Assembly: GCA_965235115.1 (NCBI GenBank)
Contig: OZ249436.1
Span: 46,502,001 to 46,566,000, forward strand
Length of the DNA: 64,000 nucleotides
Direction of reading: 5' to 3'
Source of the DNA: Laetmonice hystrix
Lineage: Eukaryota
Shown piece by piece: positions 41,701-53,353 of the stretch (its first letter is position 1; each line of letters starts with the position of its first letter). The notes beneath the pieces are model-generated. The model worked only from the letters and a program-made list of their open reading frames with translations, ran no database searches and was not told where the DNA came from. Position numbers and translations under genes: made by a program.

Positions 41701-44700
41701 AGCGTCCGACAACGTTGTCAGGTCGACCCAATGACTGTTTGCCGTCAAGGTTGAGTTAACAATGGCAAATGACGTTGTACGCCTATTCTATATCAGATAT
41801 CCCATCCCCAAGTAACAAACAAACAAACAAAGGATGATTACCCAGAGATTTTGCCGGCAGAAAACACCAGGGTGCAGCTGACGGCGCTGACTGCACTGCC
41901 GCCTTCCGGCCAGCGGTGGAATCACCACGTACACCTGGCCGGGCTGGCAGGCACCTGTGGCCCTTAGGCGAGAGACAGGTTAAAGCAAGAATAAGCGAAA
42001 AATGGCTACATTTTTGATACGTCAAATTGAAACTACGGCCCCCAAAATTATTATTCTTAGGCCAGATGTATAACTGTCAAGCGTATAGGTCTCGTACGTT
42101 CGCTACAGATATATGGTTGTGATGTGTACACTTCCCATTTGAGTATCTTCTCGATATTTTAACATTAGATGCTCCTCGCCTGTACCTTACATTTCCACTA
42201 CCTCACTGTAGTGTTTGCATGGCTACTATAGGCCAGATGGTAAGATGTAGGGACTTCTCACTCTACTGGTTGGCCTCCCACACGGCTTGGCTCCACAGTG
42301 TACTGTTTGGCCTCACTGTACTCTTTGGCCTCACTGTAGTGTTCGTTTGGGTGCTAGGCCAGTCAGTATACCTTGTAGCGATTCCTCCCCGTACTGTTTG
42401 GCCTCACTGTACCGTTTGCTTGTATACAAGAGTAGCCAGTAGTATAGGGACGCCTTATGTTTCAGTTTCCATGCCTTTATTGTCCAGGAGGCAGGCCATA
42501 CGTTTCGTCTATCATCTACTCCCATCTAATCTGTGTTCCCTACAGACCATCTGTAAGCGTCCGACAACGTTGTCAGGTCGTCCCGATGACTTTTTGCCGT
42601 CAAGGTTTAGTTAACAATGGCAAATGACGTTGTACGCCTATTCTATATCAGATATCCCATCCCCAAGTAACAAACAAACAAAAGATGATTACCCAGAGAT
42701 TTTGCCGGCAGAAAACACCAGGGTGCAGCTGACGGCGCTGACTGCACTGCCGCCTTCCGGCCAGCGGTGGAATCACCACGTACACCTGGCCGGGCTGGCA
42801 GGCACCTGTGGCCCTTAGGCGAGAGACAGGTTAAAGCAAGAATAAGCGAAAAATGGCTAGATTTTTGATACGTCAAATTGAAACTATGGCCCCCAAAATT
42901 ATTATTCTTAGGCCAGATGTATAACTGTCAAGCGTATAGGTCTCGTACGTTCGCTACAGATATATGGTTGTGATGTGTACATTTCCCATTTGAGTATCTT
43001 CTCCAGATTTTAACATTAGATGCTCCTCGCCTGTACCTTTCATTTCCATTACCTCACTGTAGTGTTTGCATGGCTACTATAGGCCAGCTGATAAGATGTA
43101 AGGACTTCTCACTCTACTGGTTGGCCTCCCACACTGCTTGGCTCCACAGTGTACTCTTTGGCCTCACTGTACTCCTTGGCCTCACTGTAGTGTTCGTTTG
43201 GGTGCTAGGCCATCCAGTATACCTTGTAGCGATTCCTCCCCGTGCTGTTTGGCCTCCCTGTACCGTTTGCTTGTATACAAGAGTAGCCAGTAGTATAGGG
43301 ACGCCTCATGTTTCAGTTTCCATGCCTTTATTGTCCAGGAGGCAAGCCATACGTTTCTTCTATCATCTACTCCCATCTAATCTATGTCCCCTACAAACCA
43401 TCTGTAAGCGTCCGACAACGTTGTCAGGTCGACCCAATGACTGTTTGCCGTCAAGGTTTAGTTAACAATGGCAAATGACGTGGTACGCCTATTCTATATG
43501 AGATATCCCATCCCCAAGTAACAAACAAACAAAGGATGATTACCCAGAGATTTTGCCGGCAGAAAACACCAGGGTGCAGCTGACGGCGCTAACTGCACTG
43601 CCGCCTTCCGGCCAGCGGTGGAATCATCACGTACACCCAGCCGGGCTGGCAGGCACCTGTGGCCCTTAGGCGAGAGACAGGTTAAAGCAAGGATAAGCGA
43701 AAAATGGCGACATTTTTGATACGTCAAATTGAAACTACGGCCCCCAAAATTATTATTCTTAGGCCAGATGTATAACTGTCAAGCGTATAGGTCTCGTACG
43801 TTCGCTACAGATATATGGTTGTGATGTGTACACTTCCCATTTGAGTATCTTCTCGAGATTTTAACATTAGATGCTCCTCGCCTGTACCTTTCATTTCCAC
43901 TACCTCACTGTAGTGTTTGCATGGCTACTATAGGCCAGCTGGTAAGATGTAGGGACTTCTCACTCTACTGGTTGGCCTCCCACACTGCTTGGCTCCACAG
44001 TGTAGGCCTACTCTTTGGCCTCAGTGTACACTTTGGTCTCACTGTACTGTTCGTTTGGGTGCTAGGCCAGCCAGTATACCTTGTAGCGATTCCTCCCCGT
44101 ACTGTTTGGCCTCCCTGTACCGTTTGCTTGTATGCAAGAGTAGCCAGTAGTATAGGGACGCCTCATGTTTCAGTTTCCATGCCTTTATTATCCAGGAGGC
44201 AGGCCATACGTTTCGTCTATTCTCTACTCCCATCTAATCTGTGTCCCCTACAGACCATCTGTAAGCGTCCGACAACGTTGTCAGGTCGTCCCAATGACTG
44301 TTTGCCGTCCAGGTTTAGTTAACAATGGCAAATGACGTTGTACGCCTATTCTATATCAGATATCCCATCCCCAAGTAACAAACAAACAAACAAAGGATGA
44401 TTACCCAGAGATTTTGCCGGCAATAAACACCAGGGTGCAGCTGACGGCGCTGACTGCACTGCCGCCTTCCAGCCAGCGGTGGAATCACCACGTACACCTG
44501 GCCGGGCTGGCAGGCACCTGTGGCCCTTAGGCGAGAGACAGGTTAAAGCAATGATAAGCGAAAAATGGCTACATTTTTGATACGTCAAATTGAAACTACG
44601 CCCCCCAAAATTATTATTCTTAGGCCAGATGTATAAGTGTCAAGCGTATAGGTCTCGTACCTTCGCTACAGATATATGGTTGTGATGTGTACACTTCCCA

Positions 44701-46794
44701 TTTGAGTATCTTCTCCAGATTTTAACATTAGATGCTCCTCGCCTGTACCTTTCATTTCCACTACCTCACTGTAGTGTTTGCATGGCTACTATAGGCCAGC
44801 TGGTAAGATGTAGGGACTTCTCACTCTACTGGTTGGCCTCCCACACGGCTTGGCTCCACAGTGTACTGTTTGGCCTCACTGTACTCTTTGGCCTCACTGT
44901 AGTGTTCGTTTGGGTGCTAGGCCAGCCAGTATACCTTGTAGCGATTCCTCCCCGTACTGTTTGGCCTCCCTGTACCGTTTGCTTGTATACAAGAGTAGCC
45001 AGTAGTATAGGGACGCCTCATGTTTCAGTTTTCATGCCTTTATTGTCCAGGAGGCAGGCCATACATTTCGTCTATCATCTACTCCCATCTAATCTGTGTC
45101 CCCTACAAACCATCTGTAAGCGTCCGACAACGTTGTCAGGGCGTCCCAATGACTATTTGCCGTCAAGGTTTAGTTAACAATGGCAAATGACGTGGAACGC
45201 CTATTCTATATGAGATATCCCATCCCCAAGTAACAAACAAACAAAAGATGATTACCAAGAGATTTTGCCGGCAGAAAACACCAGGGTGCAGCTGACGGCG
45301 CTGACTGCACTGCCGCCTTCCAGCCAGCGGTGGAATCACCACGTACACCTGGCCGGGCTGGCAGGCACCTGTGGCCCTTAGGCGAGAGACAGATTAAAGC
45401 AAGGATAAGCGAAAAATGTCTACATTTTTGATACGTCAAATTGAAACTACGGCCCCCAAAATTATTATTCTTAGGCCAGATGTATAACTGTCAAGCGTAT
45501 AGGTCTCGTACGTTCGCTACAGATATATGGTTGTGATATGTACACTTCCCATTTGAGTATCTTCTCGAGATTTTAACATTAGATGCTCCTCGCCTGTACC
45601 TTTCATTTCCACTACCTCACTGTAGTGTTTGCATGGCTACTATAGGCCAGATGGTAAGATGTAGGGACTTCTCACTCTACTGGTTGGCCTCCCACACTGC
45701 TTGGCTCCACAGTGTAGGCCCACTCTTTGGCCTCACTGTACTCTTTGGCCTCACTGTAGTGTTCGTTTGGGTGCTAGGCCAGCCAGTATACCTTGTAGCG
45801 ATTCCTCCCCGTACTGTTTGGCCTCCCTGTACTGTTTGCTTGTATACAAGAGTAGCCAGTAGTATAGGGACGCCTCATGTTTCAGTTTCCATGCCTTTAT
45901 TGTCCAGGAGGCAGGCCATACGTTTCGTCTATCATCTACTCCCATCTAATCTGTGTCCCCTACAGACCATCTGTAAGCGTCCGACAACGTTGTCAGGTCG
46001 TCCCAATGACTGTTTGCCGTCAAGGTTTAGTTAACAATGGCAAATGACGTGGTACGCCTATTCTATATGAGATATCCCATCCCCAAGTAACAAACAAACA
46101 AAGGATGACTAGATACGTTGTGGAGTACCACAATGGATCCCATCCCCGGGGTGTCCCATGTAACATGTTCTGAATAGGGATAACTATGGTACTATCTTGC
46201 ACCCGTGACGACTTATGAGCCTTAGAAGATGGAAGTTACGTCATTATGACCTTATGCTACGTCATAAATATTGATCTCAATGGACTTCCTATTCATGTTC
46301 AAAAATAACTATAGGTGTATCTAGCACCGTTTACTAGTTACAGGCTTCTACCAATCCTTAGAAGGGCTCAGTTACGTCATAAGGATGTAATAGATCACAC
46401 AACAGAATAAATCTTGGTGTCAATTGAAAGAACATAATGAGGACTTCCTGTTTATAAATATTCAATACTAACTATGGGTCTAACTCCTACCATTTACAAG
46501 TTAAAACCCTGAGAAAATATCGATGACATCGTTATGTCATGGGTCACGTGACCTAAGAAATAATGATGCCAAACGAAAGAGTATACATGACTTCCTATTC
46601 GTGTTCAATAGTAACTATGGGTCTAACTTCAAGCATTAACAAGTTATATCCCTTAGAAAATATCGATGACATCTTTACGACGTCACAGGTCACGTGACCT
46701 TAAGGATGACGATACCAAGTGATAGCAAGTTATAGCCCTCACAAAATATAGGTTCACTGGCTGTGGTAATCAGTACCAGTTCAATCCAGTATTA

Positions 46795-46960
46795 GCTTGT
46801 CAGATGGCGTAGCACTGGCGATAAGTGTCTTGACTCACATGCTATGGGTCGCCGGTTCAATCCCAGGCCGAGTCACCTATTTTTTTGGACTTCTACCGGA
46901 AGGGTCCCGCGTTCAATCCCAGGCCGAGTCACGTTTCTTTTTGTTTTTGTTTTTTCCCTC
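46795..46960 (+). mobile_element. tRNA-derived SINE-like fragment
   Basis: An A-box-like TGGCGTAGCACTGG and a B-box-like GGTTCAATCCC have tRNA-like spacing. The segment GTTCAATCCCAGGCCGAGTCAC is duplicated, and each copy is followed by a T-rich tract. Confidence 0.5.
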
Positions 46961-47531
46961 TAATTTTTAAAAATGGTCACGTGACCTGAAAAAAAAAATA
47001 TCATAAAAGAGCATAATGACTTCTTATCTGTGTTTAATAGTAACCAATGCCAAATCTGGCACCGTTTACAAGTTCTAGAAAATTGACAATTTTTCGAAAT
47101 TTCAAAGTCACGTGATTCAGCGAATATTAGTCAAATCGCTTATCTTTTGATGATTTGAGACAAGCTCATGTTAGAGAGTCCTTCTGCCTAATATTGTCGA
47201 ATTTCACCAAAAAATGAAGAAGGAGTAGCGATTTAAGAGATTTGTGACTGAGGACCCAGTTCTCGCAAAGTTCAAGGTCAAATGACAAATGAAGGGTCCA
47301 TGTTAGACTAGACCCTTGCCTGATTAAAACGCCATGATGGGGTTTGGAAATTCCCAATATGAACGTCATGACGTGACGTCATACGTCACGTCACGTGATA
47401 TGTCACAACTCATTGTCTGACCAGTCCTTGTCATGGTCAAGATGTGTGCCAAATTTGATTGAGATATCTTGAAAACTGACTGAGATGGACGCCACTGTTT
47501 ACTACTACTACTACTACTACGACGCAAAGAA

Positions 47532-49726
47532 CTAGACCCGTTGCGGTGATAACCACAATGGATCCCATCCCCTGGGGGGTCCTGTCTACCATGTTCTGAT
47601 TTAGTAGAGAGAACTAAGGCTATTCAAAATGATGGTGTCAATTGAAAGAGCATATATATTGCTTCCTGTCAGTGTTAGTGTTTAATAGTAGGTTAAACCA
47701 TTTACAAGTTATAGCACTCAGAAAAATAAGAAAATATGGATGATGTCATTATGACCTGATAGGTCACGTGACCTGAAAAATAATGGTGCCAAATCAAAGA
47801 GCGCATATGACTCCCTATTAGTGTTTAATAGTAACTATGGCTCTAACTTCCACCAGCCCTAAGAAAATATGGATACCATCATTATGACGTCATAGGTCAC
47901 GTGACCTGAAAAATAATGGTGCCAAATGAAAGAGCACATATGACTTCCTATTAGCGTTTAATAGTAACTATGGCTCTAACTTCAACCATTTACATGTTAT
48001 AGCCCTGAGAAAATATGGATGACATCATTATGACGTCATAGGTCACGTGATGTAAAAAATAATGGTACGAAATGAAAGAGCATATATGACTTCCTATTAG
48101 TGTTTAATAGTAACTATGGCTCTAACTTGAACCATTTACAAGTTATAGCTCTGACCAAATAAGGATGACATTATGATGTCATAGGTCACGTGACCTGTAA
48201 AATAATAGTGTCAAAGGAAAGAGCATATATTATTTCCTATTAGTGTTTAAATAGAAACTATGGCTCTAACTTCAACAATTTTCAAGTCAGAACCCTGAGA
48301 AAATAGTGATGACATCATTATGAGGTCATAGGTCACGTGACCTGAAAAATAACGGTGCCAAATGAAAGATAATATATGACTTCCTATTCGTGTTCAATAG
48401 TAACTATGACGCTAACTTCAACCATTTACAAGTGATAGCCCTGAGAAAATATGGATGACATCATTATGACGTCATAGGTCACGTGACCTGAAAAATAATG
48501 GTGTCAAGTGAAAGAGCATATTTGACTTCCTATTCATCTTCAATATTAAGTATGACTCTAACTTCAACCATTTACAAGTGATGGCCCTGTGGAAACATGG
48601 TTGATATCATTATGACGTCATAGGTCATGTGCCCTGAAAAATAACGGTGTCAAGTGAAAGAGCATATATGACTTCCTATTAGTGTTTAATAGTAACTGTG
48701 GCTCTATCTTCAACCATTTACAAGTGATGGCCCTGAGGAAAAATGGTTGACATCATTATGACGTCATAGGTCACGTGCCCTGGAAAATAACGGTGTCAAG
48801 TGAAAGAGCATATATGACTTCCTATTAGTGTTTAATAGTAACTATGACGCTAACTTCAACCATTTACAAGTGATAGCCCTGAGAAAACATGGTTGACATC
48901 ATTATGACGTCATAGGTCACGTGACCTGAAAAATAATGGTGTCAAGTCAAAGAGCATACGACTTCCTATTAGTGTTTAATAGTAACTATGGCTCTATCTT
49001 CAACCATTTACAAGTTATAGCCCTGGGAAAATATTGATGACATCGTTATGACGTCATAGGTCACGTGACCTAAAAAATAATGGTGCCAAATGAAAGAGCA
49101 TATATGACTTCCTATTCGTGTTCAATAGTAACTATGGCCCTAACTGGCACTGTTTAGAAGTTATAGCCATAGATAGCTAAACTGGCCACTGTTGAAAACT
49201 TCAAGGTCACGTGATTCATCGAATATAGGTCAAATCGCTTATCTTTGGATGATTCTATTAAAACCCTTGTTAGAGAGTGTTCCTGTCCAATATTATCAAA
49301 TTTTACCAAAAAATTAAGAAGAAGAAGAGATTTAACCGATTTGTGACCTAGGACCCAGTTCTCCCTAAGGTCAAAGGTCAAAGGTCAAATGAAGGGTCAG
49401 TTTTAGGCTAGACCCTTGCCTGATCATAACGCCATGATAGATCTTGGAAATTCCAAATATGAACTTTGAAAATGGCCCTCAATATCCCAAACACGCTTGA
49501 CGTCATGACGTCATGACGTGATGTCACGTGACGTCATGACTGATTGTGTGATCTGACTTTGTCATGATCAAGATCTCTGCCAAGTTTGATTGAGATATCT
49601 TGAAAAATGACTGAGATAGAGGTACTGTTTACAACTACTACTACTACTACAACGCAAAAAATAATAATAGGGAAGACGAAACCACACAATTTCTAAATCC
49701 CATCCCCTGGATAGGGGATGGGATAA
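47532..49726 (-). mobile_element. Complete HINE (E2) nested in E1
   Basis: The 3' end is CTAGACCCGTTGCGGTGATAACCACAATGGATCCCATCCC. It has a 146-bp array, the core and (CTA)n. The 5' end is ATCCCATCCCCTGGATAGGGGATGGGATAA. Confidence 0.85.
47750..49200. repeat. 146-bp satellite array inside E2 (about 10 copies)
   Basis: ATTATGACGTCATAGGTCACGTGA occurs at 47881, 48027 and onward at about 146-bp period. Confidence 0.95.
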
Positions 49727-49729
49727 TAA

Positions 49730-52700
49730 CTAGACCCGTTGCGGTGATAACCACAATGGATCCCATCCCCGGGGAGTCCTGTCTTACATGTTATGAGTAG
49801 GGATGAAAGATACCAATGACATCATTATGATATATGACATCGCGCTGTGTCATAAATCTTGCTGTCAACTGAAAGAGGATGCAAGACTTCCTAGTAACGA
49901 TGGCTTTAACTTACAACTGATAACCCTGACAAAATATCGAAGACATCCTTATGACGTCACAGGTCACGTGACCGAAGAAATAATGGTGCCAAACTAAAGA
50001 GCATAATTATGTGACTTCCTATTCGTGTTCAGTAGTAACTATGGCTCGAACTTCAACCATTTACACTGTTATAACCATGAAAAAATCTGGATGACATCCT
50101 TATGACGTCATCGTCACGTGACCTAAAAATAATGGCGGCAAATAAAAGTGCATACATGTCTTCCTATTAGTGTTTAATAGTAACTATGGCTCTAACTTCA
50201 ACCATTTACTGAGAAAATATCGATGACATCCTTATGACGTCACAGGTCACGTGACCTAAAAAATAATGGTGTCAAATGAAAGAGCATATATGACTTCCTA
50301 TTCGTGTTCAATAGTAACTATGGCCCTATCCGGCACCGTTTTGAAGTTATAGCCCTGAGAAAATATGGATGACATCGTTATGACGTCATAGGTCACGTGA
50401 CCTAAAAAATAATGGTGCCAAATGAAAGAGCATATATGACTTCCTATTCGTGTTCAATAGTAACTATGGCCCTAACTGGCACTGTTTAGAAGTTATAGCC
50501 ATAGATAGCTAAACTGGCCACTGTTGAAAACTTCAAGGTCACGTGATTCACCGAATATAGGTCAAATCGCTTATCTTTGGATGATTCTATTAAAACCCTT
50601 GTTAGAGAGTGTTCCTGTCCAATATTATCAAATTTTACCAAAAAATTAAGAAGTAGAAGCGATTTAACCGATTTGTGACCTAGGACCCAGTTCTCCCTAA
50701 GGTCAAAGGTCAAAGGGCAAATGAAGGGTCAGTTTTAGGCTAGACCCTAGCCTGATCATAACGCCATGATAGATCTTGGAAATTCCAAATATGAACTTTG
50801 AAAATGGCCCTCAATATCCCAAACACGCTTGACGTCATGACGTCATGACGTGATGTCACGTGACGTCATGACTGATTGTGTGATCTGACTTTGTCATGAT
50901 CAAGATCTCTTCCAAGTTTGATTGAGATATCTTGAAAAATGACTGAGATAGAGGTACTGTTTACAACTACTACTACTACTACAACGCAAAAAACTAGACA
51001 CGTTGTGGCGATACCACAATTGATCCCATCCCCGGGGAGTCACGTGATATATGACTTCCTATTCCTGTTCAATAGTAACCATGGCTCAATCTTTCACCGT
51101 TTACGAGTTGGAGGCTTAGGAAAATAATTTTAATATCATTATAATCTCATACGTCATGATCCTGCTTTCATGCAGGCTCAGATCCAGTACCGCAAGAAAG
51201 GAGGGGCACCAAAGGTGCAAGGCGAACATGGGCGCGGGGGGGGGGACTTGAATTTAGAAAGTCAAAGAACGTTACTTCTGGAGCTAGATGTGAAGTTTCT
51301 CAAAGTATTTCAGGCGCATGTAGGGGTCCGGGGGTTGGACCCCCTCTCCTGCTCCCCCAGAGCATAGATTCATTTTTCCTTAGATTCAGCGGGACACCAT
51401 CGAACGAAGAGGTGCAAAGCATTCTGCCTATTTTAAACTGGTTGAGTGATGAATAGGCCTACACAAAATATAGTGCACTAAATGGGTCCATAAAAGGCTT
51501 CTAATTTAAAAAAAAAAACATTTCGGCGACCACCCTGCTGAAAATCCTAGATACGTGGCTGTATTTAGACCTAGCCTAACAATAATGTCAATTCTTCAAA
51601 AAGAAAGAGTGCAGATACGCCCCTGACATGTCGAAAGGGATCATAGAGATCTACTGCATGGTATATCTACCTATTTTGATATATTAATCATTGTGGAAGG
51701 ATACATTAAAATCGTAATTATATCTAGAGACTCTGATTGCCAAGCAATACAGGTAGGTCCCATTTCCCGAATGGTTTTCTATCATAACCTATATTTTTCT
51801 CTCATTTAATTATTGTCCCAACAATAGCGTCATTTCCATTCACATGGAAGTTACTAAGTATCCTTTTGACATTATGAAATATTATAGTCCTGATGGATTA
51901 TATGGATTATACCCGTTACGGGCATCATGAAAAATATCACAGACTCAAGAACAATAGGTGCGAATGTCATCCACACCAGGCTGTTGGCTCACGCTGAAAC
52001 CAAGTGCAGCTGGCCAAAAGTTTGCCGTGTCTCTTGAACTCCACAGCCAACAATCAGTAGTAGCCTAGTGTTTTATTCAGCTCTCCTATGTAAGATTTAA
52101 AAACAAATGCATTAGACAGTTATATCTACAGTTCAAAGGCACAGCTAATTCAGTTATGTCAGTTCTGAATACACAATCATCCTCCACCAAACCGACCCTG
52201 ACTGGGAGGGAGGGGGCGGAGTCACAACCCGCCTGCCGACCCGGCCGCCTGGCCGGCCCTTATCACCAGCGCTTACGTAACCCTCTGCCGACCCTGGCTC
52301 TGGCCTCCCAGCAGGTGATTTGTGTATTCAGAGATGCCACCTGTCAGAGTGTAAAAATATTATAGTGAAGACTATACCCATTAAAACTTACAATTCTGGC
52401 CATATTACCTTTCCAAAACGAGAACTAAACAGCCAGTGGTATACCTGAATCTATACACTTTGTAATTGTTGTATTTGTATATGGCTATCTTAAACAGGTT
52501 TAAGGTAGAGCCTGTCAACGTCAGATTACATTATTTCATCATAAATAAAAAAGATATTGGTAAATTTATGAAAAGAAATATGCAAAGTGACCAATCGTCA
52601 ATAGCAGCACATACCTATTGACCAAATACACGATTCCTATATGACTAAAGCAGTTTTAGAAAAAAATGTCAAAAGTGACAAACTTCAAAGTCACGTGGTT

Positions 52701-53292
52701 CGGTGAAAATAGGTCAAATCGCTAATCCTTGGAATCCTATTGTGAACCTTTCGTTAGAGAGTGTTTCTGCCGAATATTGTCTAATTTTACTAAAAAATAG
52801 AAAAGGAGAAGCAATTTAACCGATTTGTGACCAATGACCCAGTTCACCCTAAGGTCAAAGGTCAAAGGTCAAATCAAGACTCAAATTGAGGCAGCACCTA
52901 TGGCCGATTATGAGGCCATGACGGGTTTTTAAAAAAATTCCCAATATGAGCTTAAAAATGGCTTCAATTTTCATAATACGTTTGACGTCATCACGTTATG
53001 ACGTGACGTCACATGACGTCAGGATTCGATGCCTGACCATACTTCGTCATTGTCAAGATGTGTGCCAAATTTCATTTCGATATTTTGAAAATTGACTAAG
53101 ATAGACATACAAGTTTACTACTACTACTACTACTACTACTACAACTGCGACGCCAAAAATAATACAGAAGACGAAACCACACAATTTCTAAATCCCATCC
53201 CCTCCGTAGGGGATGGGATAATAATAATAATAATAGGGAAGACGAAACCACACAATTTCTAAATCCCATCCCCTGGATAGGGGATGGGATAA
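49730..53292 (-). mobile_element. HINE (E3): body 49730-50993, displaced 5' end 53222-53292
   Basis: It has the same 3' terminus as E2, and its core is nearly identical to E2 (offset 1332). The terminus at 53222-53292 matches the E2 5' end (CCTGGATAGGGG loop). Confidence 0.8.
50994..53221 (-). mobile_element. Innermost long HINE (E4) with cargo, nested in E3
   Basis: The 3' end is CTAGACACGTTGTGGCGATACCACAATTGATCCCATCCCC and the 5' end is ATCCCATCCCCTCCGTAGGGGATGGGATAA. The internal cargo partly resembles 3960-4360. Confidence 0.8.
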
Positions 53293-53353
53293 TAATAGGG
53301 AAGACGAAACCGTACAATCTGAAGATCCCATCCCCCTGTAGGGGATGGGATAA

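Larger units (their letters stand above)
1384..46108. repeat. Tandem array of ~855-bp monomer, block 1 (about 45 copies; the first copy is split by the 2112-8493 insertion)
   Basis: GATTACCCAGAGAT...ATCCCATCCCCAAGTAAC(AAAC)nAAAG recurs with spacing 851-861 bp, and the ORF track repeats at the same period. One monomer near 25737 is 156 bp short. Confidence 0.98.
46109..53353 (-). mobile_element. Outer HINE (E1): body 46109-47531, displaced 5' end 53293-53353
   Basis: It starts with CTAG, the hairpin TTGTGG-AGTA-CCACAA and GATCCCATCCCC. It is interrupted after (CTA)n GACGCAAAGA. Removing 46109-53353 restores the monomer junction AAGGATGA|TTACCCAG with no TSD, an A|T insertion typical of rolling-circle elements. 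Confidence 0.8.

Noticed and set aside
8500..46108. CRISPR array or rDNA/5S array
   Set aside because: Whole monomers are near identical with no unique spacers or cas genes, and no rRNA sequence is recognisable.
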